From Myxococcota bacterium (GTDB lineage: Bacteria > Myxococcota_A > Polyangia > Polyangiales > Houyiibacteriaceae): DNA of 64,000 nt. The notes beneath the pieces were generated by a model that saw only the letters and a program-made list of their open reading frames with translations, did no database searches and was not told where the DNA came from. Both the position numbers and the translations under genes were made by a program. Shown piece by piece: positions 1-9,693 of this stretch. Every line of letters starts with the position of its first letter. Positions within the stretch are counted from its first letter, which is position 1. The stretch is from positions 68,534 to 132,533 of the forward strand of contig JBCCEA010000009.1 in assembly GCA_039030515.1 (NCBI GenBank). Reading direction: 5' to 3'.

Positions 1-301
1 GCAACTGCGCGTCAAGGGGAGGCGCGCGAGGATTACGGGATTGGAAGTGAATGTCGTATGCAAATACCCGCCGCGGAGGTCTCCACCTGTGACGATGCCG
101 TCTCGGGTAGGAAGCGGGCCAGTGTTCTGCGTTTTGCTCGCAGCGGTTTCTTTCTTCATCGCCCATTCGATCGAGAAAGTGATTCACCGCGCCTTCATCG
201 AGATGGCTTCGCCTAATGGCTCCGCCGAGCAGCGTGGCGCAAACCACAAGCGGGACGGTGAGGAGCAAGACGGTGAGTGCGAGTCGCAGTCGGAGCTTCA
301 A
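1..301 (-). CDS. Sensor histidine kinase, N-terminal part (runs off window start)
   Basis: Translated by hand, not in the ORF track. A TTG start overlaps the response-regulator stop (TTGA). MKLRLRLALTVLLLTVPLVVCATLLGG is a TM helix and the frame stays open to position 1. The kinase call rests on context only. Confidence 0.6.
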   Translation of the reverse strand, partial: MKLRLRLALTVLLLTVPLVVCATLLGGAIRRSHLDEGAVNHFLDRMGDEERNRCEQNAEHWPASYPRRHRHRWRPPRRVFAYDIHFQSRNPRAPPLDAQL

Positions 302-972
302 TCGTCCGCTCCGGACCGAAAACGGTAACCGATGCCCCAAACAGTCTCGATACGTGATCCCTCCGAGTTCAGTTTCTTTCGCAGTCGGCTCATGTGCACA
401 TCGAGAGAGCGCAGCAATGCTTTACGGTCTGGATCCAACGCTTTGTCGGCCAACATCTCTCGGGTCAGCGCTTGTCCCTCGCGACGTACCAGCTCGAATA
501 AGATTCGCCACTCAACCACGGTGAGCTCTAAGGCGACGCCTTCCACGTATGCCGTACGCTCGATCGCGTCGATCCGTATAGCCCCCGAGACGATCTCATC
601 ACCGCGAGTCATTCGAGGTCGACGGAGCAGCGCCTTGACTCTCGCAACCAATTCCTCCGGCCAGAATGGTTTTCCCTGGTAGTCGTCTGCCCCCAGCGCG
701 AGTCCACGAACGCGATCACTCGTTTCATTGCGGGCACTGAGGATCAAAATGGGAGTGTCGCTATGCTGCCGGTAGTGTTTCAGAACATCAAGCCCGTAGG
801 TCCCTGGGATCATTAGATCGAGTAGAATCAGGTCAAACTTGTTCGGATCGATCTCGAGCGCCTCATCGCCCCCTGCACACCGTACGGTGAGCAGATCCGC
901 ATCCCGAAGATGTTTTTGAATCTGCTCGCCCAGATGGGTGTCGTCCTCGACGACCAATATGCGCCGACCCAT
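298..972 (-). CDS. OmpR/PhoB-family response regulator
   Basis: RILVVEDD...LLDLMIPG..G receiver domain; winged helix LDVHMSRLRKKL..IETVWGIGY. Start placed at MGRR (972). Confidence 0.93.
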   Translation of the reverse strand: MGRRILVVEDDTHLGEQIQKHLRDADLLTVRCAGGDEALEIDPNKFDLILLDLMIPGTYGLDVLKHYRQHSDTPILILSARNETSDRVRGLALGADDYQGKPFWPEELVARVKALLRRPRMTRGDEIVSGAIRIDAIERTAYVEGVALELTVVEWRILFELVRREGQALTREMLADKALDPDRKALLRSLDVHMSRLRKKLNSEGSRIETVWGIGYRFRSGADD

Positions 973-1046
973 CGTTTCCTTCTTCCCCAACGGAGTCTTG
1001 CAAGACACTACCGCACGATCCGAGCTCTCGGCGTGCCTCACGTACG

Positions 1047-1559
1047 CTATGGGTGCGGGTGACCTAGTCCGGCGCTTCGGCGCTCTTGTCGATGTCTCTG
1101 TCGCAAACGTTCCAGCGCGTCAAAGCGCAATTGCTGAGGCGCTGTGAGGACCCGTCGCACCTGGCTGGTCGCCGCACTGCGTATCTCCCGAAATCTGGCT
1201 CGGAATTCAGGGCGCCTCTCCACAGCTTGCGGACGCTCCTGCCCGGGATTCATCGCGTTCAGCTCGACCCGCACCTGCCGAAATATTTGGGCCACCTGGG
1301 TTTGCTGGTCCTGACTTAGGTCGAGGATCACCGTCAGCTGCTCTAATCGATGGCGGAACATCATCTCTGGATCAGGATGGCGATGTGCATGGGCACGGCG
1401 TTCCAGACTGCTTTGGTTGGGGAGATCTGACTGTCGTGCCCCTCCATCCTGAGCAGAAGCAAGCAGTTCAAATGAAAAGAACACCAGCGAAAACGCTAGA
1501 AAACTGACTTTTACCAAGTGCACGGAATCTCCTATTCTTTGACCAGGTTCTCTGGCCAA
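1047..1559 (-). CDS. Spy/CpxP-like periplasmic protein
   Basis: Signal peptide ending ASA-Q; LTxxQ-like motifs LDLSQDQQ and VLTAPQQ; lies upstream of an RR-HK pair. Start uncertain. Confidence 0.6.
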   Translation of the reverse strand: MAREPGQRIGDSVHLVKVSFLAFSLVFFSFELLASAQDGGARQSDLPNQSSLERRAHAHRHPDPEMMFRHRLEQLTVILDLSQDQQTQVAQIFRQVRVELNAMNPGQERPQAVERRPEFRARFREIRSAATSQVRRVLTAPQQLRFDALERLRQRHRQERRSAGLGHPHP

Positions 1560-1752
1560 AATCAGAGTGGCACCGAAGTCTTTCTAAAGTGTGAAGCTCG
1601 GAGATAAATTCTTCGAAATTTGGCGAGTAAGCCTTCGAATTCTGAGAGCGTCCCTCGCGAGAACCTCCATGCACGCCTCTTGTATTTGGATTGCCTGAAG
1701 TTGCGATGTATAATCTTGGCCTTACTGCAAAACAGCGAGGCGACCCAAACCT

Positions 1753-4290
1753 ATGCCCTATCGATCCTTGCTTTCTCTTCTGCCGAGAACAACAAACTCT
1801 AAAGTTCAAGTATCCCGCACCGAGTCGAACCGAAGCGTCCCTGCGCTGAGTCTGCGGCTTGTCGGCGCGTTCGTACTCGCTGTCGGCGGATGTGACTGCG
1901 CGGCAGACGATCCGAGTGGACCGATTGCTTGCGATAGCGACAATCCTTGCGAATCGGGCAGTGTATGCATCGATCAGCTGTGCATTCCGGCGGACGCTTC
2001 GATCGACGGCAACAACCTATTTTGCAGTGCAGACGAAACAGCGTGCGGCTCGAGCTGCTGCTCCTCTGATGAACTATGCGACAGCAACTCATGTGTCACC
2101 GACTGTGGTGCAAAAGTCCGATGCGGCACGCAATGTTGCGCTGACGGTCTCGTATGCGAGTCCGGAGCCTGCGTAGGTAACTGCTCTCAAGAAGACAGGT
2201 GCGGGGTGAACAGCGAGCTCTGTTGTTCCACCAATGAAGCGTGCCTGAGCGATGCTTGCGTGGCTCTCGGCGCTGCATGCACGGTCACTGAGGAGTGTGC
2301 GATCGAGGAGATCTGCCTGAACACGCTTGGTCGCTGCGCACCTCGAAGTGAAGTCGAGGTGTGTGAATTCCGGCCGCCCGTAGGTGAGTTCTCACCTCAG
2401 ATCGCGTGTCGGTGGGATCCGCCTGCCGCGTTTTCTGAGTTTGACGACGTTGTCATGACTCCGGCGGTGATGAACCTAACCGACGACAACGATGACGGGG
2501 TCACCGACACAAACGACATCCCCGACATAGTCTTCGTCGCCTTTCGCCGTCAAGAAGACGACTTCCGCTCGGCAAACAGCAGGGTCGTTATCGCTAGCGG
2601 TCTCTGCAACGACGATGGATCGATGGAGACCATTGCGTTTCTCGATTCGCCGAGCGTGGGTAACTCCACGGGGGTGGCACTCGGCAACCTCCACCCCAGT
2701 GACATGACCGAAGAACGAAACCCGGAAATCGTCGTCACTTCAAGAAATGGTACGGTTTACGCGCTGCGTCGGCTGGAAGACGACGGCAGCAGCTGGGAGG
2801 AGATGTGGTTCACGACGGAATCAGCGATCGGGGAAGTTCGAGACTCGCTTGACGGCCGACAACCCGCGATCGCGGACGTAAACGGTGACGGTGCCCCGGA
2901 GGTCATCGTAGGCAACGTCGTCTATGAGGGTTTGACCGGTCATGTTGTGTGGAATGGGGCCAGCACCGTGGGTCTCGCTGCGGGAGTGGGATGGAATGGA
3001 TTCTTGGGCCCCGTATCGACCGTTGCCGACATCGATCTCAATGGAACGATGGAGGTGATCGCCGGAAATACCGTCTATGAGGGTGCTACCGGAGATGAGG
3101 TGTGGACTTTTGACTACGGCTCAGAAACTCTCGGAGGCACGTGCCGAAACCAGTGCGACGGGTTTGCGGCGGTAGGCGACTTCGATGACGACCCCGAGGC
3201 CGAGATAGTGATCGTGCGCCAGGGTGAGCTCTTCCTACTGGAACACACCTCAGAACAGATCGAGCGTGTGCTGCTCCCTCAGCTTGACCCAGATGCTGAT
3301 CCCGCCGACATCGAGAACGAAGGCGGACCGCCGACCATCGCAGATTTCGACGGCGATGGTCGACCTGAAGTCGGCACGGCAGGCTCTGATTTTTATGTCG
3401 TCATAGACTTCGACTGTAAGGGAGACCCGCTCCCGAGCGAATGCCACGATACGAACATCCTCTGGCAGGTCGAAAACGACGACGATTCCAGCCGAGTCAC
3501 CGGTTCCAGCGTCTTCGACTTCGAAGGAGACGGAATGGCGGAGGTGATCTACGCCGACGAAACTTCATTCCGAATCTTCGATGGCTCTACCGGCGCGGTC
3601 CTGTTCGTGGACACCACACACCGAAGCAACACCCGTTTAGAAATGCCGATCGTGGTTGACGTAGACAACGATGGGAAAAGCGAGGTCGTGATTCCCGAAC
3701 CCAACGACGACGACACAGAGGAAGAGCTGGGGGGCATCGAGATTTGGGAAGACGCCGACAACAACTGGGTACGCACGCGTCGCGTGTGGAATCAGCATAC
3801 CTACCACGTAACCAACATCGATGAGGACGGCCAAGTACCTAGCTACGAGGAACCAAACTGGACCAACAGCAGGCTGAACAACTTCCGCCAGAACGTTCAG
3901 CCTGCAGGCCTATTCGATGCGCCCGACTTACAGATCGAGGCGATCTCCGTAGTGCGGTGTTCGAGCAACGGCAGGGTCACCATCCAGATCACCGTCACAA
4001 ACCAAGGTGCTCTCGGAGTCGCTGCAGGTGTCCCCGTGTTCGTGCGGGCGGTGACTTCCGATGGGATGTCCATCGATATCGGAGCCGCCATGACCGAGCG
4101 TGCACTGCTTCCGTCGCAAAACGAAGCGATCACGATCGAATATGAATTCGATCCGTTCGACTTTGACACCTACGAAATCCACGCGAGTGTCGACGACGAC
4201 GGTGATGGAGGCAGTACGTACAACGAGTGCATTGAGGACAACAACGATCGAACAGGCGGCCCCTTCGAAGCCTGCGGCGGCGTGCAATGA
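1753..4290 (+). CDS. FG-GAP/VCBS repeat lipoprotein with Cys-rich N-terminus and CARDB-like C-terminus
   Basis: Lipobox-like AVGGC; Cys-rich stalk; repeated DxDGDGxxE loops (ADVNGDGAPE, ADFDGDGRPE, DVDNDGKSE); PDLQI...VTNQG...NECIEDNN tail. Confidence 0.8.
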   Translation: MPYRSLLSLLPRTTNSKVQVSRTESNRSVPALSLRLVGAFVLAVGGCDCAADDPSGPIACDSDNPCESGSVCIDQLCIPADASIDGNNLFCSADETACGSSCCSSDELCDSNSCVTDCGAKVRCGTQCCADGLVCESGACVGNCSQEDRCGVNSELCCSTNEACLSDACVALGAACTVTEECAIEEICLNTLGRCAPRSEVEVCEFRPPVGEFSPQIACRWDPPAAFSEFDDVVMTPAVMNLTDDNDDGVTDTNDIPDIVFVAFRRQEDDFRSANSRVVIASGLCNDDGSMETIAFLDSPSVGNSTGVALGNLHPSDMTEERNPEIVVTSRNGTVYALRRLEDDGSSWEEMWFTTESAIGEVRDSLDGRQPAIADVNGDGAPEVIVGNVVYEGLTGHVVWNGASTVGLAAGVGWNGFLGPVSTVADIDLNGTMEVIAGNTVYEGATGDEVWTFDYGSETLGGTCRNQCDGFAAVGDFDDDPEAEIVIVRQGELFLLEHTSEQIERVLLPQLDPDADPADIENEGGPPTIADFDGDGRPEVGTAGSDFYVVIDFDCKGDPLPSECHDTNILWQVENDDDSSRVTGSSVFDFEGDGMAEVIYADETSFRIFDGSTGAVLFVDTTHRSNTRLEMPIVVDVDNDGKSEVVIPEPNDDDTEEELGGIEIWEDADNNWVRTRRVWNQHTYHVTNIDEDGQVPSYEEPNWTNSRLNNFRQNVQPAGLFDAPDLQIEAISVVRCSSNGRVTIQITVTNQGALGVAAGVPVFVRAVTSDGMSIDIGAAMTERALLPSQNEAITIEYEFDPFDFDTYEIHASVDDDGDGGSTYNECIEDNNDRTGGPFEACGGVQ

Positions 4291-4293
4291 GCT

Positions 4294-5736
4294 ATGTCGC
4301 GTGAGTCCTGCTGTGCAAAACGATCTCAGCTTTGCAGTCAGAATACCAAAGAACCAAAAAGACAGTCGCCAGTCTATCTGTGGCGCTGGTCCTATCTAGG
4401 GCCCAGTCAAACACTGCTCGCGATGGCCTTGCTGCTTTGCTGGCCGGCAAAGTCGCATGGAGAGTCTTCCCGCCTCAACGCACATCTGGAAGGAGGCGGG
4501 GGTCTTCCGTTCGCAGGAGACACCCGACCTGGAGCCGAAGGCGACTCGCGCGCTGGGGGCGGGATCGCCTGGATATCCTTAGACTGGCAGCTCGCGGCAC
4601 CTTTGGCACTGGAAGCCGCACTCGGGTTCGGTGGGTTTTCAAAAGCACTGCCGGGCGAATCACTCTCCGGCACGCGCTACACCTCATTTGGAGTCGGCTT
4701 CCGCTATCGAATCCTCGACGACACCGCTGGGTATAGCAACGAGGAGTACGGAAATTGGAAGGGCAACTTATGGGTGTCTTCCCATCTCGGTGTTACCGGG
4801 TACGGATCTCCGCAATTTGGCGCAGATTTTGCCACGGGTTATGAATTTTCAGCCATACGTCCTTTTTCGTTTGGTCCTTTTGCGCGAGCAGCATTGGCGC
4901 TAGGCGAGCACAGCAGTGCCTTTTTCGTAGCCGGACTGTCTTTCTCGCTTGAGCTGGCCGCAAAACCGGCTTCGGCGGAGCAAAACGGCAGCCGTATACG
5001 CGACACCTATCCATTGGACAGGCAGGATGAGGCGAGCAGCATCGATAGTGATGGCGACGGGCTATCGAATGAAATCGAGATTCAATACGGTACCGATCCC
5101 CACAATCCAGATACGGACGGGGACGGGCTGCTCGACGGTGAAGAGGACAAAGATCACGACGGACAGCTCGGCTTAGAGGAGACCGATCCACGACGTGTCG
5201 ATACGGACGGGGGCGGAGTTTCTGATTTCGACGAGGTACACGATCCAGCCATGGATCCAAGAGACCCGAGAGATGATCGCGACCTGGATGCGGATGGGAT
5301 TCTCGATGTAATCGATTCGTGCCTGGGCACGCCCGAGGGAGCAACGGTCAATCAGGCCGGATGCGAAACCGTCGAAGAGGGAACTGCACTGGTGCTCGAA
5401 GGTATCAAGTTTGCAAGCGGCAGTTCCAGCATCTTGGCGGAGTCGGAACCGACCTTAAGTCGCATTGTGCACATACTGCAAAACAATCCTGAAATCACGC
5501 TGGGCGTGGGAGGACATACAGATTCAAGCGGTTCCGTTCGCTTAAACCGACGCCTTTCCGAAGAGCGCGCGAAAAGCGTTCAAAAGTGGCTTGTCGGCAG
5601 AGGCGTCGCTGAATCCCGACTAAGCGCACGAGGGTATGGATCGACCGAACCGATCGCAGACAACGACACTCCAGAGGGTCGAGCACAGAACCGCCGTATC
5701 GAGTTTCGGCGAACAGACTTGCTGATCGAACCCTGA
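4294..5736 (+). CDS. OmpA-family outer membrane protein with thrombospondin type-3-like repeats (TraB-like architecture)
   Basis: N-terminal amphipathic beta strands; DSDGDGLS/DTDGDGLL repeats; OmpA motifs GHTDSSG, LSEERAKSV, GRAQNRRIEF. True start may be about 4423. Confidence 0.85.
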   Translation: MSRESCCAKRSQLCSQNTKEPKRQSPVYLWRWSYLGPSQTLLAMALLLCWPAKSHGESSRLNAHLEGGGGLPFAGDTRPGAEGDSRAGGGIAWISLDWQLAAPLALEAALGFGGFSKALPGESLSGTRYTSFGVGFRYRILDDTAGYSNEEYGNWKGNLWVSSHLGVTGYGSPQFGADFATGYEFSAIRPFSFGPFARAALALGEHSSAFFVAGLSFSLELAAKPASAEQNGSRIRDTYPLDRQDEASSIDSDGDGLSNEIEIQYGTDPHNPDTDGDGLLDGEEDKDHDGQLGLEETDPRRVDTDGGGVSDFDEVHDPAMDPRDPRDDRDLDADGILDVIDSCLGTPEGATVNQAGCETVEEGTALVLEGIKFASGSSSILAESEPTLSRIVHILQNNPEITLGVGGHTDSSGSVRLNRRLSEERAKSVQKWLVGRGVAESRLSARGYGSTEPIADNDTPEGRAQNRRIEFRRTDLLIEP

Positions 5737-5744
5737 GGAAACCG

Positions 5745-7628
5745 GTGACGTGCAGCAGGGAAGCTGTACGTGTACTCTTAATGTTTAGAGCCATGCGCTT
5801 CTTTTCTAAGCGGTCTGTCCTATATATCCTATCCGGCGTAGCCGCCTGTAACGGCTCCAACCCCCCGCCTTTTTCTCCTGGTATCAATAAGACGTCTTCC
5901 TGTGTCGGCACGGACAGGCTCGAATGCCAATCCGACGTGGCCATCGAATGCGATGCAGAGGGAAATCCGGCCTCGATCCGAGATTGCGCTGAAACGGGGC
6001 AAGTCTGCCTACCGAACAGAGGATGTGTTCTATGTGCTCCTCTACAGATCCGTTGCGAGGGAGAAACACCCGTGCGGTGTGATGCGAAGGGGGTTTCTGA
6101 GACGCGACTCAAGACATGCGAGCCCAGTGCTGGAGAGCACTGTAGCTCCCGAGGATGCAGACCACTTTGTGCGGAGGCAGAGAAAGAACGTTCGTATATT
6201 GGATGCGAATACTGGCCTGTCACTACTTTGAACGACGAACTCGATGAGCGCTTTGCATTCGCTGTGGTCGTAGCCAACCCGCAGCTTGTCACCGCACAGA
6301 TTCGAATCGAACGAGAGGACGAAGTCATCCTCAAAGCGAGTGTCCCCCCCGGAGAAGTCGAATCATTCATCCTTCCTTGGGTGGTTGATCTACGGGGAGC
6401 GCGAACAGATAGCGCCTTGAGTGTACCCTCGTCGCTGGTGTCGAACGGCGCCTATCGACTGGAGTCAGACGTTCCGATCACGGTGTATCAGTTCAACCCT
6501 TTGCGCTACGAGCAGGATGATGCGTTCTCGTTCACCAATGATGCTTCGCTACTGCTGCCGAGCAGTACCCTGACGGGAAGCTACATCGCGATGTCTCGGG
6601 GTACCATGTTCGTCGAGACGTCCCTTGAGAACTCCGTGGTTCGCTCCCACAATCCTGGTTTTGTCGCGATCGTTGCAACCGAAGACAACACCGAGATCAA
6701 TTTCACGAGCCGCGCCTACACGGAGGCGACTCCGGATGGAGAGATCCCAGCGCTCATCCCCGGCGGGACCGCGACGTTCCTATTGAACCGAGGAGACGTA
6801 GCGCAGATCACCAGTGCTCGACCTGAACTCTGTCCTGTCGCGCCCTTTGAGGAGCAGGTGGCGGCGGGCACTGGATCCGTAGTCTATAGATACTGCGATG
6901 TGGGAGCGGAATACGACCTCACCGGAAGCTTGATCCAGGCAAACGCACCGGTAGAAGTGGTCGGAGGTCATGGCTGCGCCTTTGTTCCCTACAATCGGTT
7001 CGCCTGCGATCACTTAGAGGAGGTGCTGTTTCCGGTCGAAGCATGGGGTGACGCAGTGATCGTGTCCGCGACGGCGCCAGTGCAAAATGAACCCAATCTC
7101 GTGCGTATCGTAGCAGCCGAACACAATACCTCTGTCCGATTCGAGCCGGCGATCGTGCCTTCTTTCACCCTGGAACAAGGGGAATTCGAGGAATTTGTCA
7201 TCGAATCCCATGTTCGGGTCATCGCCAGCGGTCCGATCTCAGTAGCTCAGTATCTGGTCGGGCAAAACTATGAGGGTGCGAATGCGGTCGGTGCGGATGC
7301 GGGTGACCCGTCCATGTCCTTGGCGATCCCCGAAACGCAGTTCCGCAATTCATACGATGTGCTCGCTCCCTCTACCTACGATCGCAACATGATCAACGTC
7401 ACTGTGCGCTCGGGGGCAGAGGTGCTTCTTGATGGCGATCCGATCACCAATTTCAGCCCGGTGGGTACGTCCGAATGGCAGGTCGCAAGGATTCAATTGA
7501 CCCCCGGAGCACATCACCTCGAGAGCTCCACGCTCTTCGGCGTCGTCGTGTACGGATTCGGTCGCTTCACCAGCTACATGGTTCCGGGGGGGCTTGATTT
7601 GCGTCCTGTCAACTCACCACTGCTCTAA
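5745..7628 (+). CDS. IgGFc-binding-domain lipoprotein
   Basis: Lipobox VAAC; Cys-rich N-terminus; SYIGCEYW, VYQFNPL, TNDASLLLP, CDHLEE, GDPSM, SYMVPGG motifs typical of myxobacterial IgGFc-binding proteins. Confidence 0.8.
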   Translation: MTCSREAVRVLLMFRAMRFFSKRSVLYILSGVAACNGSNPPPFSPGINKTSSCVGTDRLECQSDVAIECDAEGNPASIRDCAETGQVCLPNRGCVLCAPLQIRCEGETPVRCDAKGVSETRLKTCEPSAGEHCSSRGCRPLCAEAEKERSYIGCEYWPVTTLNDELDERFAFAVVVANPQLVTAQIRIEREDEVILKASVPPGEVESFILPWVVDLRGARTDSALSVPSSLVSNGAYRLESDVPITVYQFNPLRYEQDDAFSFTNDASLLLPSSTLTGSYIAMSRGTMFVETSLENSVVRSHNPGFVAIVATEDNTEINFTSRAYTEATPDGEIPALIPGGTATFLLNRGDVAQITSARPELCPVAPFEEQVAAGTGSVVYRYCDVGAEYDLTGSLIQANAPVEVVGGHGCAFVPYNRFACDHLEEVLFPVEAWGDAVIVSATAPVQNEPNLVRIVAAEHNTSVRFEPAIVPSFTLEQGEFEEFVIESHVRVIASGPISVAQYLVGQNYEGANAVGADAGDPSMSLAIPETQFRNSYDVLAPSTYDRNMINVTVRSGAEVLLDGDPITNFSPVGTSEWQVARIQLTPGAHHLESSTLFGVVVYGFGRFTSYMVPGGLDLRPVNSPLL

Positions 7629-7635
7629 ACAGACC

Positions 7636-7842
7636 AAAGGGGAGCAGATTCAGCCCGAACGTCCGCTTGCCTCCCATGCTCGTAGCTCGAAGTAGTCCAC
7701 CTACTCCTTCGCTCCTGCGCTTCCGGGGCGCTGGACTTTCGCGCCAACTCTGTTCCCCTTTCTCACTCTACTCTCTTCAGACCGTACCTCCGCTTGCCTC
7801 CCATGCTCGTAGCTCGAAGTAGTCCACCTACTCCTTCGCTCC
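7636..7842. repeat. Extragenic hairpin (REP/MITE-like) element plus partial second core
   Basis: A 54-bp exact direct repeat at 7662-7715 and 7789-7842. Imperfect inverted arms 7636-7664 and 7733-7761 enclose the first core. Homologous to 63760-64000. Confidence 0.85.
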
Positions 7843-7894
7843 GTACCGATACAGACCCCTTTGCGAGCTCATCTTCTTTGACTTAAGCCGCCGT

Positions 7895-8722
7895 CTATTC
7901 GCAGTAGTGAACGCAAAAGTCTTCGTCTAGTGGATCTTGGAAACACGGATAGTTGGTAGTGTCTGGTATGCCGCTGGGGCAGTCTCGCTGGCAAAAGCCA
8001 AGTCCCGGGATAAGATTTGTCGTGCAGCCGCAGTCGCCCTCCTGCCCCGCGACCGCACACTTATATACCCGTAATGGATCATAGAGCTGGTCAGGATCTT
8101 CTCTAGGCACTCGCGGCTCGGGGATTCCACCCTCAAACCAATAGTCGTTCTCTGCGGCAGGACTGCCTGACAGGCCGCTGCTAAACCGACTCGACAGACA
8201 GAGCGACGAATCTCCAGCTCGATACTCGGTCACAACACCCGGATAGAATGGACGATCGAAGGTGAATATCCACTGACCATCAAATTCACCACATTCACCA
8301 CTCGGAGTAGGCTCTTCGCAATAACCGACTGAAACAATAAGTCCCGGATGATCGCCCGAGCGTCGGTACAGACGATTCTCTGGATCCTTAACCCGGATTC
8401 CAAACTCGAGATTGCAGTCTTCCCCGCTGCCCAGCTCTTGAACTGTGACGAGACTACCGGTGAGCTGCTCTGCCTGATAGGCACGTTCCAGGCTGTCATG
8501 GACGCTGAGATTCAGCTGCGAAGAATCGCCCGGTTCGAGTGGTAAATGAAGACGGATGATCAATCCCGAATCCCCTGTCGATTCGGTACAGCCGAGAGCG
8601 CAAACTAAGAGCCCTAAAGCAAACCACATACCCACACGGGATCGCCGGAACATGAAATTACTCGATGCACGCCTAAGGCAGAGAGCTTGAATCAACTGAA
8701 TACCGGATGGAAAAAAAACCAT
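7895..8722 (-). CDS. Hypothetical Cys-rich lipoprotein
   Basis: Lipobox LVCALGC after a hydrophobic stretch (start probably about 8653); Cys-rich C-terminus. Confidence 0.6.
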   Translation of the reverse strand: MVFFPSGIQLIQALCLRRASSNFMFRRSRVGMWFALGLLVCALGCTESTGDSGLIIRLHLPLEPGDSSQLNLSVHDSLERAYQAEQLTGSLVTVQELGSGEDCNLEFGIRVKDPENRLYRRSGDHPGLIVSVGYCEEPTPSGECGEFDGQWIFTFDRPFYPGVVTEYRAGDSSLCLSSRFSSGLSGSPAAENDYWFEGGIPEPRVPREDPDQLYDPLRVYKCAVAGQEGDCGCTTNLIPGLGFCQRDCPSGIPDTTNYPCFQDPLDEDFCVHYCE

Positions 8723-8723
8723 A

Positions 8724-9542
8724 TCAGGGGTTGTACTCGATAACCTCGAGACCCGAGGGAAACTGTACCGGGTTAGAATCCTGAGTCCGCCGCACGATGA
8801 GCACTGTACCCACGACAGCTCCCACGGTAAGCGCTGAGGTCAAGACCCAGAACCACGGTTCCTTTGCCAAAGATCGCTGTTTTGCCCGCTCCATCAACTC
8901 CACATCGATAGAGATAGAAGCTCCTGCCATCACGTCGCCATTCCAGGCGAACGGCTCCCATCCAGGTCGCTGCACCACGAGACTGTGAAGTCCTTCGTTC
9001 ACCTCAGAAGAAAATGGGCGAGAGGAATCATCTTGTAAATCTGCGCCGTCCAAGGTGATTTCATGGACAGTGTCGGGATCCAGTCCTACGAGCGTCAGCG
9101 TCGAAATCCGGTCGGACGATTGATCTCGAAGCTGCTCAGCGATCTCTCTCGAAGCGTCGTCCAGAGGTGGATCTGCCCGCAAAGCCTCATCAAAGGCATC
9201 TCGGGCCTCTACATGACGTCCCATGGCCCGAAGAGCCACTCCGCGATTGAAGGAAGCGGATGGAGAACCCGTGAGGTTGTAGGCTTCTTCGAAATGACGG
9301 GCGCTGTCCGCCCAACGTTCTTCCGCCGCAGCCTCGCTACCGAGTCGAAAAGCGTCCAGCGCCTGTTGGGCAGGCGTCGGCAGGTCTGCAGGAGCGTCTG
9401 ATTCTGATGTCGCCCGGTCCGGGTTCGACTGAGCCAAACAACGCATGGAGAACTGCAGAGTCGCCGCCATCAGAAAGCATGTGAAGACGATGCGCAAAAA
9501 GGTTGCTGTGCGAGTTGTCCCGTGACCAGAGTAGTTCCGCAT
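8724..9542 (-). CDS. TPR + PEGA-like domain protein with C-terminal TM
   Basis: TPR helices (ARHFEEAYNL, FNRGVALRAMGRHVEARDAF), beta domain, and PWFWVLT TM segment. Confidence 0.7.
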   Translation of the reverse strand: MRNYSGHGTTRTATFLRIVFTCFLMAATLQFSMRCLAQSNPDRATSESDAPADLPTPAQQALDAFRLGSEAAAEERWADSARHFEEAYNLTGSPSASFNRGVALRAMGRHVEARDAFDEALRADPPLDDASREIAEQLRDQSSDRISTLTLVGLDPDTVHEITLDGADLQDDSSRPFSSEVNEGLHSLVVQRPGWEPFAWNGDVMAGASISIDVELMERAKQRSLAKEPWFWVLTSALTVGAVVGTVLIVRRTQDSNPVQFPSGLEVIEYNP

Positions 9543-9693
9543 CGATAACTTTCAGACAAATGATAGAGCACCACGGCTTGGAAAAGCACAAGAAATCTGG
9601 CGAAGAGCGCGCGAGATCAAACAGCTCAGAGTGGCGTTACTGAAACTTGCCAGCAATAGGAGCGAAATCTCGGTATGCTCCTGGTCGACAAGA

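Noticed and set aside
1753..4290. Calling this gene traA
   Set aside because: It has FG-GAP/CARDB-like domains and no recognisable PA14-like domain or MYXO-CTERM tail.
8711..8718. A8 tract (and A7 near 35548) as phase-variation switches
   Set aside because: Both lie upstream of the more plausible signal-peptide starts and are short.
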